Shown here: positions 24,000 to 48,625 of the stretch, piece by piece
Layout of the letters: the number at the start of each line of letters is the position of its first letter
Numbering within the stretch: the first letter of the stretch is position 1
NCBI RefSeq assembly: GCF_009914755.1
Contig: NC_060925.1
Source of the DNA: the human T2T-CHM13v2.0 reference genome, Homo sapiens
Length of the DNA: 64,000 bases
Strand: one strand, 5' to 3'
Translations under genes and position numbers: made by a program
Notes under the pieces: generated by a model
The model's database searches: none
The model's input: only the letters and a program-made list of their open reading frames with translations
Told to the model about the DNA's origin: nothing

Positions 24000-24643
24000 C
24001 CCTAGACTGAACTTCCAGTTTAGAGGAAAGAAAGGGATAGTAGACAGACAAGTTAAATGACACCAAGAGACAATCCAGAATGTGGGACATTTTACAAAAC
24101 AATCGCCTTAGACTTCCTAAAAAATCAATGTCATAAAAAAAATAAGATGGGGAGATTGTCCTAGACTAAGGAAACCCAGAGATATAGCAACCATAGGCAG
24201 CAGCATGTCTGAAAACAACAAAAGCTTAGACAATTGGGAAAATTTCTTTGAACACTTGGGGAACTCTGAATATGTACTATATGCTAGATGGTATTCTGGA
24301 ATTATTGCTAGTTTTCTTAGTTGTGATAACAGCATTATGGTTATGTAGGAGACTGCTTTATATCTAGGAGGGATAATCATTCTGGTGGAGAATAATTGTA
24401 GAAATGCAATTTTAACCAGGTATTGAAGTTGAAAGGAGCAAAAATATTGTGGGCATATGAGATCTTAAAATATATACCTTCTCTGCAAAAAGTTCTCTTC
24501 AGTAACTTCCAGGAAGTTGCTGAAGGATACTCTTCTCCAAAATGAAGGAGTAAGCCAAGAAAAGAATGATGTGGAATGGAGGAGCAGGTGGTTCAGCATG
24601 AGTTTACAAGACCCTCCAGGACAACAAGTGGGAACTAGTCTTA

Positions 24644-24988
<345 letters not shown>

Positions 24989-24989
24989 T

Positions 24990-25195
24990 CAGTGGTGTAT
25001 TGGTAAACCACCTCTCTGAAAAATAACAACAAAAAGCCCAAAAAACAAGAGGCCCTGATTTGTAGCATTGTTTGATTTCTGTGGCATAAATACTTCCACC
25101 GTAGCTGATTTCAAACTACCAACATTTGCACGCAGAGTTGGCAAAGGATGTCCACAATCGGCTCTCAAGGGCCAGTAAGAGTTGGCTTCAACAAA
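24990..25195 (-). mobile_element. MER63A-like hAT element
   Basis: cagtggtgtattggtaaac...ccctgatttgtagca...gatttcaaactacc matches the reversed MER63 consensus as recalled. Confidence 0.65.
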
Positions 25196-25258
25196 ATTCA
25201 GCAAATAAACAAAACAGTTATTAACTCCAGGAACAATAAAAAGTTTTATAAGCAATGA

Positions 25259-25776
<518 letters not shown>

Positions 25777-25888
25777 TCAAGAAATAGCAGAATGAACATT
25801 TTATTTAGAAATAAGAAGGTAAACTGGCAGAAGAAAGGGCCAAAAGAGACCAAAGTTATTACCTGCAGGGTGCAGAACTCCAGCGTAG

Positions 25889-26284
<396 letters not shown>

Positions 26285-26558
26285 TGAGTACTCACATACA
26301 CAAATACTACTGAGGCAGACTTCTGGTTATAGAAGACTGAACACAAACTTTTATCACTCTTTCCTCCAAAACCTATTGAAATGACAGAAAGAATATAAAA
26401 GGCCTGGCACGGTGACTGACGCCTATAATCCTAGCACTTTAGGAGGGCGAGGCATGTGGATCACTTGAGCTCAGCAGTTCGAGACCAGTCTGGGCAACAA
26501 GACAAAACCCTTCTCTAGGCTGGGCATGGTGGCAGGCACCTGTAGTCCCAGCTACTCA

Positions 26559-26705
<147 letters not shown>

Positions 26706-27442
26706 TTATTGATTATATATAAACTTGTATATGTATATATTTATTATTTATATAAATTTATATATATAAATAAGCTGGTAACTGCTGGGAAGCCAGGAGA
26801 ATGCAGCAGCAGCAAACCAAGACAGTTAAAATTTTCTGAGTACAAGACACTTGGAATCACATTGATTTCTAATCCCAACATATTAAAAACAACCCCAGAC
26901 AAGCCAAAGAGAGAACCTCAAAAAGTAAGTTTTGCCAGCAAAGCCCCCATCCCAAACCCCTAAAGTGACGTCCCTGTTTCCCTTCAGCCCATCCTGTAGC
27001 CTGCAGATAACCGCACCTCTAGGATGCGATTCCTGACACTGCACTTCCTCCCACAGGAGGGAATGAAAGCGGAAACTCCGGGCGGGGTCCCAGGGGACTG
27101 ACAGCCACCGGAGGGAAGGCACCCCTTTAAGAGAACAGTTTTCACTGGGCGCGGTGACTCACGCCTGCGATCCCAGCACTTTGGGAGGCCGGGCCCTGTG
27201 GATTGCCTGAGGTCAGGAGTTCGACACCAGCTTGACTAACGTGGTGAAACCCCATCTGGACTAAAAATACAAAAATTAGCCAGGCGTGGTGGCACATGCC
27301 TGTAATCCCAGCTACTTGGGAGGCTGCGGCAGGAGAATCCCTTGAACCTGGGAGGTGGAGGTTGTGGTGAGCCAAGATCACGAGCCGAGATTGCGCTGCT
27401 GCACTCCAGCCCGGGCAACGAGAGTGAAGCTCTGCCTTAATA

Positions 27443-27475
<33 letters not shown>

Positions 27476-27527
27476 GAGGTTCTGCTCTGCCACTAAGCTA
27501 AATGGCCACCTCACTCCCGGCTTCTAG

Positions 27528-27746
<219 letters not shown>

Positions 27747-28261
27747 TGAACTCCTGACCTCAGGCGATCCGCCCACCTCGGCCTCCCAAAGGGCTGGGAT
27801 TACTGGCGTAAGCCACCGCGCCCGGCCTGGAATCATAACTTGTATCGACCGCCAGACACACAGGGAGTCAGTCTCACAAGACAACATGATAAAAACACAA
27901 AGCACAATATAAGGCGTCAGACTGGAGAGGCCACGGCCATGATTCCTAGCAGGGAATCCTGAAGAGCCACTCATTTTGTTCTTGCCAGACGTGTCCTGAA
28001 TGCTGTCCCTTTCCAGACCTGGTTCTTCGGCTTTCTCTTCAATTCGGTAAGTTTCTCCACATCTTCCCAACAGAGGGAAGACCTTTTCTTCTTGTTCGTG
28101 ATAACTAGAGTCAGAGTCTGTTGCTTGCAATGAAAAACCATTACAATACAAATATGGCTGAATGATAAGCTTGACCGAATGCTATTATATTTTACATACT
28201 TATATATAACGATAATATACAACATATTACAATTGATAAGCTTGGTTTAATGCTATTATAG

Positions 28262-28629
<368 letters not shown>

Positions 28630-29730
28630 TAAGACCACACACACACCCCACATACAATCAATAAACCCCCAAAAGTAGAAATAAACAGGCCACAGTATAA
28701 GACATAATAAGACAAAAAATAGAAATGAACAACAAAAGCATATCCAATCATATTCACTTGTGAAATAAAAGCTGAAATTATACAAAATTTAGGAAAGATT
28801 AACAGGAACATTACCTCTATGACAATCTGATATAATGAACAATAAAATGATTCTCAGAGGGAATTTTATAGTCATAACGACATTCATTAGAAACCAAAAA
28901 AGACGGAGAAAAAGTGAATGAAGTAGTCAATTCAAAAAGCTAAAAAAAGACAATAGAATAGATCAGGTAAATTTTTTAAAATGTAAAATAGAAAATGAAA
29001 TAAAAAATAGTAAAACCAAAAGTTGGTCTTTTTAGAAGAAAAAATATTCAAAATTATGAATGAGAAAGGGAGTATAGAATTATTTTCAAAATCATGAAAG
29101 TATGTTTTCATTATGAGTCAAGAATGCCTACTTAGGCAAGACACAAGATCAAGCACCATAAAAGGAAATATTGACATATTTGACTCTGCAAGAAAAAAAG
29201 AGTTAAAACGTTTGAGAAATAAAAGACCCCATAAACAAAAACAACAAATAAGTGAACATGCAGAAAATATTCGTTACATATATAAGGACTAAAAACTATG
29301 CTTGTAAAGAGCTACTTTAACACGAAAATCACATACACAACCAATTTTATTTATTTATTTTGAGACAGAGTCTCACTTTGTCGCCCAGGCTGGAGTGTAA
29401 TGGCACAGTCGACTTACTGCAACCTCCGCCTCCTGGGTTCAAGCAATTCTCCTGCCTCAGCCTCCCGAGTAGCTGGGACTGCAGGTGCACACTACCATAC
29501 CTGGCTGATTTTTGTATTTTTAGTAGAGACGGGGTTTCGCCATGTTGGCCAGGCTGGTCTCAAACTCCTGACCTCATGTGATCTGCCCACGTTGGCTTCC
29601 CAAAGTGCTGTCCCCAAATTTTTAAACACACAAAAGCTATACAAAGTTAATTCTTAGAGAAAGAACGGTCAATAAACATTTGGAAGAATGCTCAACCACA
29701 GTAGCAATCAGGAAAAGTTTAAAGCAATAA

Positions 29731-30087
<357 letters not shown>

Positions 30088-30437
30088 TAAGGGGATCGCA
30101 GGCCTGAGCCATCACGCCCACCCTCCCCCAAATTAAAAAATGTGAACATATGCAGTGTTGAAAAGGTGAGGAAACAGGTAACTCTCCCATACAGTTGGTG
30201 GGGAATGTAGATTGATAGTATTTTTGGAGGACAAATTAGCAGTATGTATTACATTTTAAATTGTGTATACCCCTTTAAATCAGTTATTCCACTTCCAGAT
30301 ATTTACCCTACAGAAATACTTGAACATGTACACAGATATATATGTATGCATAAAGATGCTGATTGAAGCATTTTTGGGGATTAGTAAAAAATGGAAACTT
30401 TCAGAAATGTCAATCAGAGGCCGGGCGCGGTGGCTCA

Positions 30438-30752
<315 letters not shown>

Positions 30753-30851
30753 TTACTAAGCAGTCATTAAAATGAATGAGTAAATCTGTAGTACATAAAT
30801 CAAACAAGTTCCCAGATATATGGCAAAAAGTAAATTACTGAATGCAAATGA

Positions 30852-31314
<463 letters not shown>

Positions 31315-31810
31315 TAAGAAAAAGCCGGGTGCCATAGCTCATGTCTGTAATCCCAGCACTTTGGGAGGGTGAGACAGGAGGATCACTTTAGTCCAGGAGT
31401 TTGAGACCAGCCTGGGCAACAAAGTGACACACCATCCCCCACCTCCCGTCTCTACAAATAATTGTTTTTAAGAAGGATAAAGAAGAGTTTGAAAAGAGAG
31501 ACATCAAACTGTTAGTTATATTTACCTTAAAAAGGAGAGAAAGAACTGAGATTTTTACTTTCCTTTCTATAACTGTTAAACAATTAAAAATGGAAATATT
31601 ATATGCAATTTTGTGAAAATAAAAATTTTAAAATAGGCCAGGCGCAGTGGCTCACGCCTGTAATCCCAGCACTCTGGAAACCAGAGGCAGGCGTATCACC
31701 TGAGGTCAGGAGTTTGAGGCCAGCCTGGCCAACATAGTGAAACCCTTTCTCTACTAAAAATACAAAAATTAGCCGGGTGTGGTGGCAGGCGCCTGTAATC
31801 CCAGCTGCTA

Positions 31811-31946
<136 letters not shown>

Positions 31947-32262
31947 TCATCCTTATGAAAATACTTTTCAAAGACAAATGAAATAGACCCCAACAATGTC
32001 TACTCTAGCAAATTTTCAAAGTCATAATAAAAATAAAATAGGATGACTCGGTGGTGTTTTAGCTGGTACTTTTCCAGTTTTCCTTTTACAACATAATCAA
32101 CAATGACTTCAAAAGGATTTCCCCCTCCTTCATGGAATATTACTACCTTCAACACGGCCTTTCAGATCCGGAGTTCAAAGCATAGTTAGCATTATAATTT
32201 CAGCAGAGAATCCAGAATTGGCAGGATATCACCAGTAGGGTGACTTTTTTTCTTTTCCCTAG

Positions 32263-32484
<222 letters not shown>

Positions 32485-34019
32485 TGACCAGGCTGGTCCC
32501 GAACTCCTGACCTCGTGATCCGCCCGCCTCAGCCCCCAAAGTGTTGGGATTACAGGCGTGAGCCTCCGCGCCCGGCACAGTATGTAGTTTCTAACTACAA
32601 TTTCAAAAACAAAAACAAAAAAACCCCCCCCGCCCCCGCAAAAAAAAACCTCAAAAAAAAAAATGTGACACATAAATACACAACCTTAACTGTGTATTTT
32701 ACTGGGATTGTAGAAAGGTATCAAATGGGCATGCAAGTAAGGTCCTTACGGAGTAAGAAAACGCCCAATGAACAGTACTTAATATGAATTCGACATCGTT
32801 AACACTGAGCGCTTGCTGTGTGCCAGCGCGCAGCATAATTCGAAGCAGCATGACTTTGCACAATGACATATTCTACAAGTCCAGTTTCCTAAGGAGTGCC
32901 CTTAGGTTACATATAACCTAAACGTGAAATGTAGAAGTACATAAAGGAGGCATAAAGTTAAAGGGGAAAAATTATAAATACTAGAAAAAATTGCATTGTA
33001 TTATTTTGATGGCTGAAAAATGGGCTCGACCCTGCATGCACGCGTTCTCCATTGAGCTCGACAATATGCAGTATTTTGTTTCACGTTATGTCGCAGTCTT
33101 AGGGAGGAGTGAAACGTGGAACACGACTTCACATCAAAAATGCACGTTGCAGAGGCATTTTTCCTTCGGGGACGCCGGAAGACTTCGCCACACGCGCGCC
33201 CTCTCCGCGGACACCAACGTGCTGACGCATGTTCATTAGCGAGCTGCTCCCTCCATTTTGTCCCCAGTCTCCTTTAGGCGAACTGCGCGGTTCTATGTTA
33301 AAGCCACTTAGTAATGAAACTATAAAAGGGAGGAAGTGGGGTGGGCGTGGGAGCCCCGTTTGCGCAAGGCAGGCGCGGGGGACTAAATGGCTGCTGGTGC
33401 AGAGTGGGGCTGCCCCGGCACCAAGGGCTCGTCCCGTGGCCGGAAGGACAAAGGACACTTAGGGGACGAGGGCCGCCGAGCCAGCGCGGAGCGCCTTCCG
33501 GGTCGGTGGGCTGGGGCGGGCTGGGGGCTGGGGCCGGGCCGACCCCCGCGGTGGGGCCCACCCCGCAGGACAAAGCAGCGGCCCCGCCCCTCGGCGCGCG
33601 CCCGAGGCTCGTGCGTGTGAGCACGCGCGCCGGAGACGGTTAGAAATGGCGGTTGGGGCGGAGCAGGGGGCTGGCGCGGGAAGCGGGGCTGTCTGGCTCG
33701 GTTACGCCCCCACCTCGCCAGGAATCTAGGAGTCGGTTTGTTTTCCGAACCCATCTCCTTCCGCTCTCCCGCCCCTGCAGGCTGTGTGCCGAGCTTGGAA
33801 GAAAGTGTGACCCGTTCGACGGAACAAAGGACATGACAGCCCGGCCCCGTGCGGCCACTGCGGAGCGTTAGGAACATTCCCTAAAATGGCGGCCGGCGCG
33901 TCGGAACAGGGCGGGAGGCGGCGGCGCGTGGGGGCGGGACGGGGAGGGGCGCGGCCAGCCGGGCTTCTGCTTCCGCGACCCCGGCGGTGCAGGGCGGGTG
34001 GAGTCGCGGAGTAGTCCTC

Positions 34020-41481
<7,462 letters not shown>

Positions 41482-41567
41482 ACAATCTTGAGCATAGAAG
41501 TCAATGTAAACGAAGTTAAGATCAACCACATAAAACATTTCATGTGCAATAAGCTCTCAATCAAGTA

Positions 41568-41573
41568 AATAAA
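41568..41573 (+). terminator. COX20 proximal poly(A) signal AATAAA
   Basis: AATAAA about 87 nt after the stop, followed by U/GU-rich sequence. Confidence 0.7.
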
Positions 41574-42781
41574 GTTTAAGTTGTAGTCATTTTTTTCCCA
41601 CACTTGTGTGGAATGAAAACTTGCCAGTTTATTCTGGCCCTGTGTCTACTGCCAGGATAGCATTCTTACGTGTTACATATAGTGGACTTGTCATCCTTAA
41701 AATGTGAACAGAATTTATTGGCAGTGTGGCAAAGAATTATAAAACATAGTGTTTAATGTACTTGGAGTTTCCTTGTAGTAGTAAGTATAGAGTTTGATGA
41801 TAAGTAAACGTCCCTTAACAAAAACCTCAACCTTATTACTATCCCATTAAAAAACAGCAAATACTTACTGAGTTCTTGTAAGAGCTAATGTCATTGTAAG
41901 ATTTAAAACTAAGGGCTTTTATCACTTTGCAAATTATTTTTTAAATGCATTCATCATTTGACAGTGTTCTCTCATTTCTTAAAATGCGAGTCATCTTCCA
42001 AAAGAGTTGTTTTTAACTGCCCTAAACATTTTTGGGGAAGTATGCAGGGTTTAAATTTTTAAGTATAATTAGTTCTGAATTAAAATATGCACATGGAACT
42101 TGTCTGGCAGACTGATGCAATAGTAAAACAACTGCAGAATTACTATTAATGTAAACAATCCATTTGAAAGTCAATCAGCTGCTCCCATTAAAATATTATT
42201 TAAAATACAATACCCACAGCATCTAACTAAATCCTCAGGATTTATTCTCCGGGAGAAATTATCCCTTTCTAGGAAAATGAAGTTATTTCTGGTTTTAATT
42301 CATACAATACTTTAAGAAAATCTGTTAAATATAACAAAACACAAGCTAGATGCTTAAGAAATGCTTAAAGAAATATTGGGGCGAAGGTAACAGCAGTCAA
42401 CAGGATTGTGGCCATTACTGGTCCTATTATTTTGATGTACCATGGAAGGCACAGAAATCGAGCAAGGAAGAAAATATTAGTTATTTTGATCTACATCTTT
42501 TTCTAAAGAAAAGTGGAGCTTGCCTCCAGTTCAATTCACAAGAGCATTTTCCCTCCCATGCCCACCTTTTCTTGTGGCTGTCGCTAGGAAGGATGCAGAG
42601 GCTGTGTGGTTTACCAAATGCCTTAACTTAGCAGTGAATGACAACTGTCAAACACATGTTGAGGGAAAATTTTTACTGATTCACAAAAAGGAAGACAGTT
42701 TGCCCACTCTTAGTGGCACAAATCAAAGCTGCATGCACTACATTATCCAAATTAGTCGTAACCAAATAGTTAAAAAATTCT

Positions 42782-43083
42782 GCTGGGCACGGTGGCTCAT
42801 ACCTGTAATCCCAGCACTTTGGGAGGCCGAGGCAGTTGGATCACCTGAGGTTAGGAGTTTGAGACCAGCCTGGCCAACAGGGTGAAACCCTGTCTCGTCT
42901 AAAAATACAAAAATTAGCCGGGCGTGGTGGTGCATGCCTGTAGTCCCAGGTACTCAGGAGGCTGAGGCAGGAGAATCACTTGAACCCGAGGTGGGGCAGG
43001 CGGAGGTTGCAGTAAGCCAAGATCGCGCCATTGCACTCTAGCCTAGGTGACAGAGTGAGACTCCATCTCAAAAAAAAAAAAAA
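42782..43083 (+). mobile_element. Alu in the COX20 long 3' UTR
   Basis: Full dimeric Alu with A tail. Confidence 0.93.
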
Positions 43084-43212
43084 ATTCCATAGGATGTTCA
43101 ACCATGTTTTCAGAGGCCGCACTGCATGAATGCGGGAAAATGTTGATGATCACTAATCAATAATCTGATATTTAACAAAATATGGACAGGCCACTTATGC
43201 TCAGTTTTACCT

Positions 43213-43490
43213 TAGTTATTCCTTGGTATCCACAGGCCCAAGTCCCTTTAAATAAAATACCCTCATATTTCCATATAATCTACATACATTCTCCCATATA
43301 CTTTAAATCATCTCTAGATTACTTATAATGTCTAATACAAAATAAATGCTATGTAAATGTAATTATTATACTGTGTATTTTTGTTGTTGTTCTTCATTGT
43401 TATTTTTTGTCTTTTTACCTCCAGTATTTTCAACCCACAGTTGGTTGAATCCAAGGATGCAGAACTGGAGGACATGGAGGGCTGACGTGT
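43213..43490 (+). mobile_element. MER2 (Tigger-family) relic in the COX20 3' region
   Basis: Hallmark tactttaaatcatctctagattacttataat...aaatgctatgtaaat and ttggttgaatccaaggatgcagaac. Confidence 0.8.
43341..43346 (+). terminator. COX20 distal poly(A) signal AATAAA inside a MER2 element
   Basis: AATAAA followed about 25-60 nt later by the GU/U-rich tract tgtgtattttttgttgttgttc. Confidence 0.55.
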
Positions 43491-43909
43491 AACATACATA
43501 ACATATAAAACAGGTCCCTTCCAGCGCTAGCACACTGCAATTACATCTTACCCTGAATAAGAGAGAAACTCTGTTTTGGCTGGTAAAATTTCCAATGTCT
43601 TCACCAATAACAAAGCTCATTTTCACAGAAGTTTGCATAAACTGGAAACCTGGATAAAAACAAAGTTGTAACATATTTGGTTGGATTATTTTTTAAATGT
43701 TTCATGTATTTACATGATCACTAATAATTTTTATTCTTATGCTATTAAGATTTTACAAGTGTATTAATAAATTACCAAAGTCTGTAACACCCACCCTCAA
43801 TAAGGAGAGACTGGTAGAACGAAAGTCTCTCCTATCAATGTCTACCCTACCATCCAACTTCACGTCCAAACTATTTAGTTTTTTGCCAAACCTTCAATGC
43901 ACTATGACC

Positions 43910-44289
<380 letters not shown>

Positions 44290-44534
44290 TAACTTTCCAT
44301 TCTTTTGCTCACTAGCTTCTGGGAATTACAATCACCTTTTCATTTAAGTTCTCACTATTTTGTGTCTTATAATAGTTGGTGCTTTTCTTGGTCACCAGTA
44401 TTTGGTACAATCACATACAGCCTAAGTTTCTCATTGGCAAAAACCTTGGCCATTTTTATCTTTACATTCTCATCCAAGTATCTGGCACAAGATAGTCAAT
44501 AAATGCTAGACAAAAAGAAACAGTCCAGGTTCCT

Positions 44535-44838
44535 GGCCAGGTGCGGTGGCTCACGCCTGTAATCCCAGCACTTTGGGAGGCCAAGGCAGGCAGATCACAC
44601 GGTTAGAAGTTCGAGACCAGCCTGGCCAACCATGGTGAAACCCCGCCTGTACTAAAAAAAAAAAAATACAAAAATTAGCCTGGCATGGTGGTGTGCAACT
44701 GTAATCCCAGCTACTCAGGAGGCTGAAGCAGGAGAATTGCTTGAACCCGAGAGGTGGAGGTTGCAGTGAGCCAAGATCACGTCACTACACTCCAGCCTTG
44801 GCGACAGAGCCAGACTCGTCTCAAAAAAAAATAAAAAT
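44535..44838 (+). mobile_element. Alu (TSD agtccaggttcc)
   Basis: Full Alu with a direct repeat on both flanks. Confidence 0.93.
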
Positions 44839-47800
44839 AGTCCAGGTTCCCCTTCCCCTCTATCCAGACTTTCACACTTTACAATTTCAAACTTTAAGAG
44901 TAACCTACCTTCCATGACCACCTGGAACCTCCAGTGTACAGCTTCCTTCATTGTTCCATTAATTCCGAAATGTCACACTAGGTGATATAGCAGTAGGTAC
45001 CAGCTAAATAGCTGATTAAAATAGAATTATGGTTATTAGTAGTCTTAAAAACTTCTTGTGGCTTATCTATCATACCTACTTTTAAAAAATCTTTAAGTGC
45101 TTTATGCACTTTCCCCTTCCCTCACCCCTCCCTCTTTGGTTTTCCTTGACTGTTTGTGCTTTTCCATCTCAGTAAAAGGACCTCGGGGAATTTAAAATTA
45201 ACTAGCTCTTCTCTGGACTTGTGATTATATTGTCTGAGTTTGGCAACAAGAAAATGTGACTATCCCTAGGTACCATCATTTGCAAGCATCTCTTTAGTCT
45301 ACGTACCTCTACTCCATCGCTGGTTTCCCTTTGCTTCGATTATATAATGCGAGGAGGTCTATATAATAAATTCAGGATTCCTGTTTATGCACTTTTCAGC
45401 AAAGAGCTAGGGATCAAATAGGGTTTCAATCCTTCTATTCATAGATAAAAATCTGTGATGGGGATCAAGATACCCCTTTAAAAGTCATGTTAAGATATAC
45501 ACTATTCTTTGGGTAAGCAGAAGACCTTAACAAGGAAAGTAGAAAAATTAAAATGATTGCTGTAATTCTGATTTTTAGTGGTCCTCTAGAATAAAATAAG
45601 TTTTGGAAGTAGGTATCTTAAAATAGTCCAGTAGTCATCAACCCAGGTCAATATAATATACCAATATCCTCCACCACCCAAATACTGGTATTTTACACAA
45701 CTTATTTTGCACATTAAGTTCCATTTTAAAATGTTTTAAAATGTTTTCTTAAAAAGGAAGCTGTTAGAACAAAAAAATTATGAAGATGGTTTTCAAAGTA
45801 TTACATTTAAAGTTCATAATGTGAGCACTACAGATGTTTTACAAATATTTTTCAGTGCTTTCAACCGTTGCATTTGCCGTACGCTTCCATGTTCTAGAAT
45901 AAGGACATTTTTATGTTGAGAAGGCTACACTGATTACATTAATAGGCAAATACTAATTCTGAGAGAGGTTTCTATTGTTCACTTTAGAAAAATGTAGGTC
46001 AATGTAATGGGTGATATCTGTTCTTAATTATTCTAAGAATTAAATCCTGTATGTTATCAGTCACCTATTATATGGCACACCCTCAGGGGGTATCAATCAT
46101 TCTTTGCATATACTGGTTTCTTAAAGGGTAAGTTTCCATAGAAATGTTTCTTCATTTGACTTCTACCCTGAAGTCATGTGAAATAAAACATATATGCCTT
46201 ACCATCTAAATTCAAAGCTTATTTTTGAAATGAATGTTTCCTTTTCTGTAATTTTATGATTTTTCTCAAATGAACAGAAATGGTAATGAAACCACAAGTT
46301 GCCTACTCTTTCGAAACCATTAAATTGCTTTATTTGTGAGTAGACCCATATTTCATTAAGCAAACTCTGATAGCTACGTCTAGAATCAGAAGAGCCCAAG
46401 CCCTCTCATTTCACCGAAAGACATTCTGGAGCGTATAGTGGGGAAAATAAATTTCCTCTGAAGTCTTTTTCAGGGAAATGGAAAATTACATATTCTGGAC
46501 TGATACAACCAAAACTCACACAAGCTCTCCCATTCCTTCAGTCTTGAATTTACTTCCTAGTTGATTTTATATACTTCAATATATGAACTAATCACTTCAT
46601 TATCCAAAAGGATGTCAAGCTATTTTCCAAATTTTCATAAGCTAGTAAAAATATGTATTTCTGAATTTAGTAGAAATGAAAAAGATTTTGGGCAACCAAG
46701 GACAGAAAGGTCTCCTATGCACTGTTTTACATTAGAACATTGTAAGGAAGTACTTACACTCTACCAAGTAGGGTGGATATCAAAACAAATGTATTGCCAA
46801 AAGTTAAAAGATGAAATCAGAAAAATGATCTAACTTTGAAAAGACTCAGGTCTATTTTCACATACACCTGTAAACCTAAGCAAGAGGACTGCCAATTGCT
46901 AAGAGCACACAGAATACACACTTCACCTCAGATATGCAAGAGAAAACACCCTTTTTTTTCTGTTACAGAGACTCTGTCCATCTGATTACCAATTACTCTC
47001 TTCCCCCATCTTTTAAAAAGAGTCCTATTTAAAGTGATTCTGGAAGCCTAACATAACTATTAAATGTACAAGCAGCAATTAATTTGGAATACCTATTGGA
47101 ATCACTGGAACATTTAGTTGGGCCCTTTAACTCTTCCACACAGCACATTCACATGGACAGACTAAGGAAAAGGAGATGAAATGTAAATCAACACATTTGT
47201 TTGCTTTACTTTTCAAGAAAAAAAAAAAAAGTTATGTTGGAATCTTTTTTTCTTGTACGTGACCATGACTCTCCCAATCTTTAACTACAAACAACTGATA
47301 CAGGATACAAGCTGCCTCAAAAAATTCCTTTGTTAGTTGACATTTAAATAAGCCCCAATAACTCTTTAGGTATCTCTATATATGCTTTAACTTTTATAGC
47401 ATTAATGTCACACTTATAAACTGGTGTCTGTACTAGCCACGTCTATTCTTGGTGTTTTAAAATTTTTAAAAATGTCTTGGCTGTCACCAATTTGTGGCAA
47501 TGCTTTAAGTGTTTGCAACGTATATTTTACCAGACATAACTTATTTTACTTCCTGTAAGGTTCAGAATGGAACTGTTAAAGGAATAGCAGGAAAGAATAT
47601 GCCCCAATAGTGCAGCACTTCTCTGTCAGATGTAACTCTCCAGCCTGTGATCTCTGCATTATCCTTCATTAATGTAGACAGACTGGACATGCTCATGAGT
47701 AACTATGTCATTGGCACAGTATGGTGATCATAATGGTGCAAAAAAACCCTGAATCTTTATAGAAGACATTTCTCTAGAGACTAGCCTACATTGACATTTA

Positions 47801-48101
47801 CTTCACTTTCAACTACAGTACATAGCTTCTTATGCCCAGGATTCAGCTTTAAAAGCAAAGCCCCTGCTCAAGACCTAAGTATATGCTGAATCCTGGCATG
47901 AAAAATAAAGTATCCTAATCAATAAAAATTAGGTAGCTACAAATTGACATGATTACAATCCCTGTCCTAATTACTTGCCTAACCAAGTAGTGATTACTGA
48001 TGTCCTGGCCCATCATCAACATGTTTGCCTACCAACACTAGGCTTACAATCAATAGATTCTACTACATAGGTGTTATATTTTCTGAATAATTCTAGGTTA
48101 A

Positions 48102-48138
48102 CATTATGAATATCCATTATGAATATCCATTATGAATA
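48102..48138. repeat. 13-bp tandem repeat, about 3 copies
   Basis: cattatgaatatc repeated. Confidence 0.85.
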
Positions 48139-48619
48139 ACCCATCTATCTATGTCCAATCTACTATCCCTTAAAACTATTATTAAAGACTCCTGGGGCAA
48201 CTAATGAAAATTACTTCAATCATTTATATTTTTAGTCAATTGGTTAGGATGTGAAAGCATAGTCCTGCTCAATAATGTAAGCATATCATCTATTTCCCAC
48301 CTAACCTCTTTTCTGAGACTGTGCTATTTCTGCATGACTTGAGATTGACATAAGTGTGACGCCAAATAAACTAGCACACATATTAAGCTAAACATAATGA
48401 AAACTAAATATTAAGATGAATTGTTTCTGTTCAATTTCAAAAATATACCCTTGGGGACCCCTGGTTTTTCATCTACTCCAACACACTCAAGAGATATATA
48501 CTACATTAGTAGTATAGCTCACTTCCAAATTCTCAAGGGCTTATTCTAATTAACAAGTTTAGTAACAAAGGTTAGTAAGACAAAGGTCACTCCAACATGA
48601 GTTAGCTGGACAAAGTACT

Positions 48620-48625
48620 TTTAAT
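48620..48625 (-). terminator. HNRNPU distal poly(A) signal ATTAAA (about 4.1-kb 3' UTR)
   Basis: TTTAAT on + strand; fits my recollection of a long-UTR mRNA end near here. Confidence 0.45.

Noticed and set aside
26980-27135. Small GC-rich patch with ETS and GC-box-like motifs
   Set aside because: Too short for a CpG island and the motifs could be chance; needs chromatin data.
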